Assembly: GCA_040398005.1 (NCBI GenBank)
Contig: JBBAUX010000005.1
Location: 22,554 to 86,553, forward strand
Length of the DNA stretch: 64,000 nt
Direction of reading: 5' to 3'
Source: Opitutales bacterium
Lineage (GTDB): Bacteria; Verrucomicrobiota; Verrucomicrobiia; Opitutales; UBA953
A program made the position numbers and the translations under genes. A model generated the notes under the pieces. The model had not been told where the DNA came from. It did no database searches and saw nothing but the letters and a program-made list of their open reading frames with translations. Of this stretch, positions 30,600 to 39,316 are shown one piece after another (within the stretch, counting starts at the first letter, position 1; every line of letters starts with the position of its first letter).

Positions 30600-31820
30600 T
30601 TGCCCTGGTTTCTTCAAATCGCCCTTCGTCAACTCTTTCAGCCAGGAAAGCGTTTTCCAGCGTTTGCGATTGTTTCTATCTTGGGTGTAGGTCTGGGCGT
30701 TGCGGCGTTGCTCGTTGTCCAGACGGTGATGAATGGATTTGGGGAAGAACATCGTTTACGAATTAGAGAATCGTTTGGTGACTGCGTTGTGCTCACCCGC
30801 AACACGATTGCGAATCCGTCCGAGCTCGTAAAAAAATTACGGAAGGATGATGAGGTCATTACCGCTGCTGCTTTTACGGAAGGCCCAGCTTTATCAAGAC
30901 GCGGACAATTTTCCGGCGTCGCCTTCGTTCGCGGCATCGACTTAACAGTTAAGGAACAACCTGCTCGTCCGTATATTGTGGCTGGTTCGTTTGATGATCT
31001 GGATGATGGACGGGTAATTTTAGGCTATGGTTTAGCAAAAACCTTACGCGTTAATACTGGAGATAAAATTGAGCTGTGGTCACCTGCGATGGCTGAGTTG
31101 GCTGAAAAAGGGCAGGCCCCTTTACCTGCAGAACTTGAAGTCTGTGGCATTGTGCGAACTGGATTTACCGAGGTTGATGATCGCGCGGCGATTATTCCGA
31201 TTCGTCGTTTTCGCGAGCTCTGGGCGATGGGCTCCCAGGCTCATGGAATTACTTTACGATTTAGAAATCCGAATGACGCTCCGGCGATTGCGGCACGCTT
31301 GAATGTCGACAGTCCGGAAATGCATTTTGTACCTTGGCAGGAAATTAAGAAAAATTTCCTAGAAGCGATTCGTTTCGAAAAAACGATGCTCTTCTTTTTA
31401 ATGTTCATTATTACTTTAGTCGCATCCTTTTCAATTGGTAGCACGCTCTTCTCGGCCGTGATTCGTCGTACGCGTGAAGTAGGTGTTCTCGTTTCGATGG
31501 GTGCGCGACGTTGGCAAATCGTCGCACTATTCGGCATTCAAGGTTTGCTCATCGGACTCCTCGGCACGCTCTTAGGCTTTGCGCTCACCTGGACGATTTT
31601 AGCATTACGCGAAAATATTTTAACAATGATTAATAGAGTTTTCGGTAACGGAGACATGGTTGCTAATGTTTATCAGTTTTCCAAAGTTCCGTTACACTAT
31701 GATAACTCCGACTTCATCGTGGCCGCTGGATTCACCTTATTAGTCACCACGCTCGCTGGATTGGTACCTGCTATTTGGGCCGCCAGCCGCAAACCCTCGG
31801 AGGCCATGCGTCATGTCTAA
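30600..31820 (+). CDS. Lipoprotein-releasing ABC transporter permease (LolC/E family)
   Basis: SILGVGLGVAAL..V..VMNGF and EK.ML...; MacB/FtsX topology; lies between lysS and lolD. Confidence 0.88.
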   Translation: MPWFLQIALRQLFQPGKRFPAFAIVSILGVGLGVAALLVVQTVMNGFGEEHRLRIRESFGDCVVLTRNTIANPSELVKKLRKDDEVITAAAFTEGPALSRRGQFSGVAFVRGIDLTVKEQPARPYIVAGSFDDLDDGRVILGYGLAKTLRVNTGDKIELWSPAMAELAEKGQAPLPAELEVCGIVRTGFTEVDDRAAIIPIRRFRELWAMGSQAHGITLRFRNPNDAPAIAARLNVDSPEMHFVPWQEIKKNFLEAIRFEKTMLFFLMFIITLVASFSIGSTLFSAVIRRTREVGVLVSMGARRWQIVALFGIQGLLIGLLGTLLGFALTWTILALRENILTMINRVFGNGDMVANVYQFSKVPLHYDNSDFIVAAGFTLLVTTLAGLVPAIWAASRKPSEAMRHV

Positions 31821-32478
31821 AGTCTTACTAGAAGCTAAAGATCTTAAAAAATCTTTTTCCACGGCCGCCGGTTCGCTCGATGTTTTACGTTCGATTAACT
31901 TAACGGTTAATGAAGGTGAATCAGTTTCGATTCGGGGACTTTCCGGATCCGGTAAGACAACACTATTACAACTGTTGGGTGGGCTTGAAGCACCTGATGC
32001 GGGTGAAGTCTTGATTGATTTAAAATCTCAAGGCCTCGTTTCTCCCCATTTACATTTAGGACACGGTGTCGGATTTGTTTTCCAAAATTTCCAACTCATG
32101 CCCGAGTTGAATACTTTGGAAAATGTGATGTTAGCGGCAAAAATTCTCGGTACACCTGATGCCGAATTTAAGGCCCGTACGCTGATTGAATCGGTCGGCC
32201 TCGGTTCACGCTTGAATCACTACCCGTCGCAACTCTCGGGCGGAGAATGCCAGCGCGTGGCCATTGCCCGTGCTCTAATTAATGATCCGACCATCGTGCT
32301 CGCGGATGAGCCCACGGGTAACTTGGACGAGGTTACGGGGCAGCAGATTATCAATTTATTACTGGGTATTGTCGCAAAAAAGCAAATGGCCCTGATTTTA
32401 GTGACGCATAGCCGCGAGTATGCTGAGCGAACCCAACGCCAGTTATTACTCACGAAGGGTGTTTTGTCCCCGGGCTAG
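31813..32478 (+). CDS. lolD: Lipoprotein-releasing ABC ATPase
   Basis: GLSGSGKTT, LSGGECQRVAIARAL, ADEPTGNLD. Confidence 0.85.
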   Translation: MSKVLLEAKDLKKSFSTAAGSLDVLRSINLTVNEGESVSIRGLSGSGKTTLLQLLGGLEAPDAGEVLIDLKSQGLVSPHLHLGHGVGFVFQNFQLMPELNTLENVMLAAKILGTPDAEFKARTLIESVGLGSRLNHYPSQLSGGECQRVAIARALINDPTIVLADEPTGNLDEVTGQQIINLLLGIVAKKQMALILVTHSREYAERTQRQLLLTKGVLSPG

Positions 32479-32515
32479 TTTGACAAGGAATTCGAACTGA
32501 CTTGTATGAGGTGCT

Positions 32516-33166
32516 ATGCAACCCGCCACATCGCCAGACCAATTAATTTCAGCTTTAGAATGGCGCTATGCGACCAAACTTTTTGATACCAAGAAATTAC
32601 CAGCGGCCACTTGGTCGGTGTTAGAAAAATCTCTTCAGCTGGCTCCCTCTTCATTCGGACTGCAGCCTTGGAAGTTTATTGTAGTCGAGAGTCCAGAAAT
32701 TCGGGCAAAGTTACGTCCGGTATCCTGGGGTCAATCACAAGTGACCGACGCCTCTCACTTAGTTGTTTTTACTCGTCGTACCGAAATGACGGAAAAAGAC
32801 GTGGATGCTTTTTATAATCAAATGATTTCTGACCGCCATGCCGATGCGTCGAAGCTCGAGGCCTACCGCCAGATGATGATGGGTGGAGTGGTTAAAGGAA
32901 AAGATGCGACTGCGCAGAAAGAATGGGCGGCTCGTCAGGTTTATATTGCGCTCGGTCAATTCATGGCAGCGGCTGCTGTCATCGGCGTAGACACGTGTGC
33001 CTTAGAAGGCATTGATCCAGCGGCCTATGACGATATTTTGGGATTAAAAGGAAGTGGCTACGAAACGATTGTGGGCTGTGCCGCTGGCTACCGTTCGGCC
33101 GATGATAAATATGCGGCCATGAAAAAAATCCGCTTCCCGCTAAGCAAAGTTCTTCAAAAAGTTTAA
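32516..33166 (+). CDS. NfsB/YdgI-like FMN-dependent nitroreductase
   Basis: WRYATKLFD, APSSFGLQPW, QVYIALG, EG motif. Confidence 0.92.
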   Translation: MQPATSPDQLISALEWRYATKLFDTKKLPAATWSVLEKSLQLAPSSFGLQPWKFIVVESPEIRAKLRPVSWGQSQVTDASHLVVFTRRTEMTEKDVDAFYNQMISDRHADASKLEAYRQMMMGGVVKGKDATAQKEWAARQVYIALGQFMAAAAVIGVDTCALEGIDPAAYDDILGLKGSGYETIVGCAAGYRSADDKYAAMKKIRFPLSKVLQKV

Positions 33167-35460
33167 CTTTTCTTAACCCACTGCTGGAAGCTCTCGTCGT
33201 TGATGAGAACTTCAGGGTCGCCGTATTCCGTCGATAAAAGATTTTTATAAGTCTCGTCGGCGAAGCGTCGGCAGTGGAGGAGAACTCGGGCGGTGTGTCC
33301 AGGGGCTCGTACGAGTCGACCTAAGGCCTGGTTCACTTTACGCATGCCAGGCCTTACATAAGCGAGGGCGAAGGCGTCCTCCGCGCCATCTTCGACGAAC
33401 ATTTTTCGGCGAGCTTCTTGGAGTGCATTCACTTCGGGGAGTGCGGGACCAATGACTACAGCGGAACGAATTTTTCCACCGAGTAAATCAACGCCTTCGC
33501 CCAGGGATCCACCGAGGATTAAGCAAAGGATGGTTGATGTTTTCAGTGAGTCATCAACGAAGCGAGCCGTGCGATCGGGTCCGAGTCCCCGAGGTTGTAA
33601 AGCAATGGATGTTTCGGAATTTATTTTCTTAATTTCTTCAACAATCGCCTCAGCATATTTATAGGAAGGGAAGAAAGCGGCGACGGAGCCTTCTTCAGAA
33701 AGTTTAATTAACGATTGAGCGGTCCGCTGGTGGTGGCTTTCGCGGGTTTTTAAGCGCGTATCGATACGACCATCGATTGCCACCGTGTAGGCGCCTTGTC
33801 GCCACGGGGCGAGGGCGTCGACGCGCATGATGTGATCATTGTTTAATCCACATTCTGAGGCGAGGGCGCCGCGCGGTCCGGGCGTCGCAGTCATTAATAA
33901 TACGTGGGCGAAGGATTGCAGCCTTTCGCCGGTAGCTTTGGCGGCCGTTAAACAATCCAGGTTGATTTGTCCGGCGTTGGGTGACCACAGTAGCCAGCCA
34001 AGGTCGGCCTGTTCCAATCTTTGCGACCAAAGCGCAGCACTCCAAACGGCGTTGCGTGCTTCTTCGGGTAGACTATCTAAATCAATAGGGAAGGTGCCGC
34101 CCAGCGGTGCCAGTTTTTCGGTTAACGTCATCGCTTCGAGGCGATCATCGGGCGATAAAGAATCGGCTTTAGGCAGTCGCCCCACGAAATCTGCCCAAGC
34201 CTGGGTGGCAAGACACCAAGGTTCGGGGGCACGAAATTTAGTTAAGGTAAAACTAAAATCACTCGCTGATTGAGCGTCATCACGAAGTGATAGACATTCA
34301 GCAGCACGTTCGGGAAGATTATGAGCTTCGTCCACAATCAGCATGGTGTCGTGATCATTCCAACCAGGAATCGTTTCGAGAGCGGAACGATTACGTGGCG
34401 AGAACACATAATTATAATCGCAAATGATGACGTCGGCATGACCCAGCATCGCTTTGGTAATATCCCAAGGAGGAACGCCCGCGACTTTTCCAATTTCTCT
34501 GATGCGTTTTAATTCTGCACCCTCAGCCAGTAGGGCTTGTGGATCAATCGCGGCACGTACCCAATTTTTTCGAATTTCTTCGGGGTCATCGGTTAAGCCA
34601 TCCATTTCATGTTCACTGCGTGGACGAAGAACCATGCCACTCAGTTCATTCGATTTTGCTAAACGTCTCAGCTCGGCCAAAACTTGTAACTGTCCGGTTC
34701 CTTTACCGGTTAAATAAAGCAGACGTCCCACGCGTCCGCTGCGTAGGAGTGCGAGGCCGTGCCGAAGGGCGGCGGACGTTTTACCGAAGCCGGTGGGTGC
34801 GACCATAAGGCGTATCGGAGACTCCAGTGCGGCTTGATCGAGATCGGCACAAGACTGAAGCCACTCGATTCGGGGTTCGTCTTTGAAAGGCAAGCGATCG
34901 GGCAGAAGTAATAATCGCGCATGGCTGGCGCGACGATTTTCCGCGTGGCTGGCGAGAACCTCGGCCTGATTTAATAAATCGCTTTCGGCGCTGTCGGGCA
35001 ACGGCAGCGTTTGTTTGGTGCCATCTTTGGGATCAACAAAAACCAGTTCACCCACGACGCTTTTAATATTCGGTAAAATGCGTGCGGCGTGACAATAGAT
35101 ACCGAGTTGCAGAAAATGATGCGGGTAGCGTTGGCGTAGAAATTCGGTTTTACGCGGTAATGATACGGTGACCGTTTTAATTTCGCGAATAGTGACTGCG
35201 CTATTTTCTTCACGCCATTGATCGGTTCGCCCGGTGATACAAACGACCCACCCGAGAATTTTAATTTCGCAGGCGATAGATTTTTCAAATTCCCATTGAT
35301 TATTTTCAGCATCAGCATGGATTCGAAGCGTCTCGTGCCATTGGCGACCCGCTTCGGCGCGCCAAGGCGAGTTACCTGAGCCAGCGGTGGGTCCGGGTCG
35401 AAAGGTGGCAAACTCTTGGGCGCTGACCTCAATGCGTTTGGTTTTAATATCAATACGCAT
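33163..35460 (-). CDS. DinG/XPD-family helicase with N-terminal PD-(D/E)XK nuclease-like domain
   Basis: Nuclease: G..WH, E, GRTD, EIKT, QL.IY; helicase: APTGFGKT, DYNY, IVDEAHNL, MTAT, FFPSY, EGVDL, QALGRLVR. Confidence 0.88.
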   Translation of the reverse strand: MRIDIKTKRIEVSAQEFATFRPGPTAGSGNSPWRAEAGRQWHETLRIHADAENNQWEFEKSIACEIKILGWVVCITGRTDQWREENSAVTIREIKTVTVSLPRKTEFLRQRYPHHFLQLGIYCHAARILPNIKSVVGELVFVDPKDGTKQTLPLPDSAESDLLNQAEVLASHAENRRASHARLLLLPDRLPFKDEPRIEWLQSCADLDQAALESPIRLMVAPTGFGKTSAALRHGLALLRSGRVGRLLYLTGKGTGQLQVLAELRRLAKSNELSGMVLRPRSEHEMDGLTDDPEEIRKNWVRAAIDPQALLAEGAELKRIREIGKVAGVPPWDITKAMLGHADVIICDYNYVFSPRNRSALETIPGWNDHDTMLIVDEAHNLPERAAECLSLRDDAQSASDFSFTLTKFRAPEPWCLATQAWADFVGRLPKADSLSPDDRLEAMTLTEKLAPLGGTFPIDLDSLPEEARNAVWSAALWSQRLEQADLGWLLWSPNAGQINLDCLTAAKATGERLQSFAHVLLMTATPGPRGALASECGLNNDHIMRVDALAPWRQGAYTVAIDGRIDTRLKTRESHHQRTAQSLIKLSEEGSVAAFFPSYKYAEAIVEEIKKINSETSIALQPRGLGPDRTARFVDDSLKTSTILCLILGGSLGEGVDLLGGKIRSAVVIGPALPEVNALQEARRKMFVEDGAEDAFALAYVRPGMRKVNQALGRLVRAPGHTARVLLHCRRFADETYKNLLSTEYGDPEVLINDESFQQWVKKS

Positions 35461-36062
35461 TACGGCAGAACGAAGTGAATTTCTCCGGCGGCCCAATGTT
35501 CTAAATCGGTCGAGAGTTTGGCGACGGTTTCCTCATCGCAGGTTTGAGCATCGAGCGGTTGCGTGAGAATGCTTCCGGCTAATTCTTGTCGGTTGCCTAA
35601 GTGGGCCAGCCACTGTTCATGGACGGGCCAGCCACCATCTTTAATAATCAACCAAAGCCCTTTAAAATAAGCCGCATCGGGGCGTGGACGTTCGGCCATG
35701 GCGGCAAAGGTTTCGAGAGCGATGCGGTAGCAGACTGGGGCCGACTCAGGCGGAGGTGGATTTTTCCGGATCATCGAAGCGAGGCGACAAGCGCGCTCGA
35801 GGGTGCGGTGATTTTTAGCGATGCCTTGGTGGCGGGTGATTAATCGATAATCTTTCGCGAAGCGCGTGCCGCCATCTTTTGATTTTTCGATTTGAATTTC
35901 ACACTCATCAAATAAATCGGGAGCTGTGGTGGTTTTACTTCGCGTGAGACGAATTAAGCAACGGTCCAAACCTTGGTGAGGTTCAAGGAAGGTTAAAAGA
36001 GTGTGAGATTCTCCCGAGGGATCGCGTCCGAGAATGAGACAGCGCAGGGTGGCTGATGACAT
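35460..36062 (-). CDS. recO: Short RecO-like DNA repair protein
   Basis: N-terminal OB-fold pattern (LIL.R...GES..LLT......G, PDLF) and helical C-terminal part; no zinc finger. Confidence 0.65.
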   Translation of the reverse strand: MSSATLRCLILGRDPSGESHTLLTFLEPHQGLDRCLIRLTRSKTTTAPDLFDECEIQIEKSKDGGTRFAKDYRLITRHQGIAKNHRTLERACRLASMIRKNPPPPESAPVCYRIALETFAAMAERPRPDAAYFKGLWLIIKDGGWPVHEQWLAHLGNRQELAGSILTQPLDAQTCDEETVAKLSTDLEHWAAGEIHFVLP

Positions 36063-36068
36063 TCGTAA

Positions 36069-36749
36069 TTACTCTTTAATTTTGGGCTGAGGTACGACGG
36101 AACCGAAACTCATCAGAAGTCCTAACGCTTCCGTGACGGTTAATTTAGTTTCCTTAATTTCATCGGCTTTCACTTGTAGGACAAATCCAGCGGTGGGGGC
36201 GGGGGCAGAGGGCACAAACACATTCACTACTTTTTCGCCGATAGCTTCGGAGAGTGCGGTGGGCTGTTCGTTAGTGATGAACGCGATACTCCAGCATCCA
36301 GGGCGCGGGTATTGCACCAATACCACGCGTCGAAAAGTATCTTTATTTCTTCCGCTCAAGGCATCGACCATTTGGCGGATGGTGTTATAGAGTGCCCCTA
36401 ATCCAGGCATACGTTCTACGATATTGCTAATCCAAGTATTAAATATTTTTCCGAAAAGTCGTTTAGAGAGCCATCCTAGAGTGATTAGGATGACGGCCAT
36501 GATGAGTGCCGAAATCAGAACGAGGGCGACGTGAGCGGGCCCCGATTGGAAATCGGGCAGCTTCGCATTTTCGTCATAGAAAAAGGGCAGTAAATTTTGA
36601 ATTAAAGTCTGAACCGGTGAAGCGACGAGTCCGATTAAAATGCTAACGATGTAAAGAGTTAGCCCGATCGGCAAAACCAAGAACATGCCGGTCAAAAAAT
36701 TATGACCGAGGCGTGATCCGAACGAAGTTTTGGGGCTAAGATTGGGCAT
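36069..36749 (-). CDS. DUF502 family membrane protein
   Basis: FLTG...LP..LT, VLVQYPRPG.W...F.T, VFVP..P.PT.GF, S.G motifs. Confidence 0.9.
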   Translation of the reverse strand: MPNLSPKTSFGSRLGHNFLTGMFLVLPIGLTLYIVSILIGLVASPVQTLIQNLLPFFYDENAKLPDFQSGPAHVALVLISALIMAVILITLGWLSKRLFGKIFNTWISNIVERMPGLGALYNTIRQMVDALSGRNKDTFRRVVLVQYPRPGCWSIAFITNEQPTALSEAIGEKVVNVFVPSAPAPTAGFVLQVKADEIKETKLTVTEALGLLMSFGSVVPQPKIKE

Positions 36750-36805
36750 GTTTAACAGAATCTTTAATAACGAATAGGCCCGAAGCGTCAATCGTGTGAG
36801 TAGGT

Positions 36806-36833
36806 TTGCAAACCTTGTTTTGATGGATAACTT
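36806..36833 (+). promoter_or_regulatory. Putative promoter of the SOUL gene
   Basis: TTGCAA(36806)-16 bp-TAACTT(36828); ATG at 36841. Confidence 0.45.
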
Positions 36834-36840
36834 AATAGTG

Positions 36841-37389
36841 ATGAAACTACCCCAATTTCTTATCATTATGACATCTATTATCCCAAGTTTTGCGAGTGCT
36901 GCCGAGGGAGATGCCTATGCCCGGACTTCGCCCGGACAAATTGAAATTAAAGAGTTACCGGCGGCGCGCTTGATGATTTCAAAATCGGAACAACCTTACT
37001 TCTCGGGCAACAATAAACTTTTTGGAAAACTTTTTAATTATATTCGTGAAAAAGAAATTCCGATGACGGCGCCCGTCGAGGCAAAAATTAATCCCGGGGT
37101 GATGATTTTTTATATGGATGCAACTTCCGCAGTGCGCACCGATTTAAAATCAGGTGCAGAAGTTGAATTACTGAATCTCGACGCTCGAACGGTCATAGCG
37201 ATTGGCATCCGTGGATCTTATTCGAAAGAAAACTACGAGGAGGGATTAGCGCGTTTACAAGACTGGTTGAAAACTCAGTCGCAACTCGAGGTCATCGGTG
37301 AGCCCTACGGAGTTTATTGGAACAGCCCATTCGTGCCGTTTTTCTTAAAACAGTCCGAAGTGCACATCGCAGTTAAAGTTAAAAAATAA
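36841..37389 (+). CDS. SOUL heme-binding family protein, with signal peptide
   Basis: F.KLF.YI, IPMTAPV, M.F.M, WNSPFVP...K..EV.I. Confidence 0.85.
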   Translation: MKLPQFLIIMTSIIPSFASAAEGDAYARTSPGQIEIKELPAARLMISKSEQPYFSGNNKLFGKLFNYIREKEIPMTAPVEAKINPGVMIFYMDATSAVRTDLKSGAEVELLNLDARTVIAIGIRGSYSKENYEEGLARLQDWLKTQSQLEVIGEPYGVYWNSPFVPFFLKQSEVHIAVKVKK

Positions 37390-37400
37390 ACGTATCTTAA

Positions 37401-38453
37401 CTAAACCCAGGTGCGCTGACGCCAGGCAAGTCCTTGGGCGATTTCTTTAGCCAAGCCTGGTCCGCGGAAAACTAAGCCCGAGTATACTTGGACGAGGCAG
37501 GCGCCTTCGTCCATGAATCGGCCTGCATCTACAGCAGAGGTGATTCCGCCACAACCGATGATGGGAATTTTTCCGTTCGAGGTCTTACTTAAAAATCTCA
37601 CCACTTGAAGGGATTTTTCGAGCAGAGGTTTTCCGCTCAAGCCGCCGCGCGTTTCGCATCCTTCGGTTCCGTGGGGTCGTGTAATGGTCGTATTCGTGGC
37701 GATGATACCCGCAAATTTCGTTTCACTGACGACACTCAGAATATCTTCCAGTTGCGCGGGGTTTAAATCGGGGGCGACTTTTAACAGCAAAGGTACGGGA
37801 CCGCCTAAAGTATTTTTATTTTCTGCCGTGAGTGTTCGGAGAAGTTTAATCAGAGGTTCACGATCTTGGAGGGCACGCAGTCCGGGTGTATTCGGGCTGC
37901 TGATATTAACGACTAAGTAATCCGCGTAAGGGGCGAGGAGTTTGAATGAAAATAAATAATCCTCTTGGGCTTCTTCGAGCGGAGTGATTTTGGATTTCCC
38001 AATATTGATACCGAGAGGGCAGATTCGTTGGCCACGACCCGGTTGATTTTCTAAACGATCGCGGAGCGCTTCGGCTCCTAAATTCGGAAAGCCATAAGCG
38101 TTTACGATGGTTTTAATTTTGGGGTAACGCCATACACGTGGCTTTTCATTTCCGGCTTGAGCGTGCCGTGTCACCGTGCCGACTTCGACGTGACCAAAGC
38201 CCAAGGCCCCGGCTCCGCGCCAGCCCGATCCGTCTTTATCAAATCCAGCTGCTAGACCCACGTGATTAGGGAACTTTAAACCAAAGACATTAACCGGTTT
38301 TGATCCTTCGGGAGAAAGTCCACGTTCCATAAGCCAGCGAAGTGGGGCGATACTTCCGATTAATCCCATTCCGCGTAGTCCGCATTGATGGGCCAACTCA
38401 GGGTCCATCGCATAAAAGGCCTTAGATAGGACTTTTTCGTACAAAATTGACAT
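37401..38453 (-). CDS. pyrD: Quinone-dependent dihydroorotate dehydrogenase (class 2)
   Basis: DPELAH, GLAAGFDK, NIGKSK, NISSPNTPGLR, KVAPDL, ATNTT, GGLSG. Confidence 0.97.
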   Translation of the reverse strand: MSILYEKVLSKAFYAMDPELAHQCGLRGMGLIGSIAPLRWLMERGLSPEGSKPVNVFGLKFPNHVGLAAGFDKDGSGWRGAGALGFGHVEVGTVTRHAQAGNEKPRVWRYPKIKTIVNAYGFPNLGAEALRDRLENQPGRGQRICPLGINIGKSKITPLEEAQEDYLFSFKLLAPYADYLVVNISSPNTPGLRALQDREPLIKLLRTLTAENKNTLGGPVPLLLKVAPDLNPAQLEDILSVVSETKFAGIIATNTTITRPHGTEGCETRGGLSGKPLLEKSLQVVRFLSKTSNGKIPIIGCGGITSAVDAGRFMDEGACLVQVYSGLVFRGPGLAKEIAQGLAWRQRTWV

Positions 38454-38566
38454 AGTAAATACATAAACTGTTATACGACGAAAGGGAAGCGGAGAACATC
38501 TCGAAAGCGAAACAATGTTTCAACCCCTCTTGACTCTCCGCAGAACTTCCACAAATCCATTCCCCC

Positions 38567-39304
38567 ATGCCCCTTACCTCATCCAAACTCACGTGGTGCA
38601 CTATTAGACTCAGAAAAGATACTAATCGCTGGTGGGTGAAAGAGAATTCCGATCCCAAGCATTATGAGCCTGACGGTCTAGGTATTCTTGATCCCTATCA
38701 ATTACCTTGGGTACTCGATAATTTAGATCCTCTTCGTGAGTATGGTCTTTCCAATGAAATTCTAGAAGCGGCTTTTGTGCCCTTTCAAATTCACTCAATC
38801 GAAAAAGATAAAGATGAAACCGTCCGCCTCGCTCGCGTGGCTGAACATATTCTCGACTCCGAAGAATTACTTTTTGCTCTCCCTAATGTTAAAGATGGCG
38901 AAAAAGGTTCCTATGCTGATTTTCTCGAACACATTACTCGTCTTCGCGTAAAATTTATTAACGATACCATCAAGCTAGAGCAGAAGTTAACCATCGAAGA
39001 CGTTGATGAACAATTGAGCGATCTGCGCAATCAGGCTTTGATTGAAGGCCGTGATATCCATCCTTTCGAAGAAATTACCGATATTTTAGAATTCGTTCCT
39101 GCCGGACATGAAGTGCCGACGGACGACGACGATGATGATAAGCCTGCTCGCCCTACTTCTGCGGCTGAAGAAATTACCGACTTACCTGAAGTTGAAGATG
39201 ACGATAAGCTGAACAAAGAATTGAAGTGGGACGAAGAAGAGCGCCCAGAAGATGTGGAAGGCGAAGAGGGCGGCGAATCACGTGGTAGCAGCCGCCGTCG
39301 CTAA
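38567..39304 (+). CDS. Hypothetical protein with highly acidic C-terminal tail
   Basis: 245-aa ORF filling the gap between pyrD and lnt, with host-like codon use and TTGACT 37 nt upstream; no family recognised. Confidence 0.75.
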   Translation: MPLTSSKLTWCTIRLRKDTNRWWVKENSDPKHYEPDGLGILDPYQLPWVLDNLDPLREYGLSNEILEAAFVPFQIHSIEKDKDETVRLARVAEHILDSEELLFALPNVKDGEKGSYADFLEHITRLRVKFINDTIKLEQKLTIEDVDEQLSDLRNQALIEGRDIHPFEEITDILEFVPAGHEVPTDDDDDDKPARPTSAAEEITDLPEVEDDDKLNKELKWDEEERPEDVEGEEGGESRGSSRRR

Positions 39305-39316
39305 TCTTTAAGTCCT

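Noticed and set aside
33163..35460. Cas4-like nuclease plus DinG as a type IV CRISPR component
   Set aside because: No CRISPR array or cas genes in the window; it is coupled to recO
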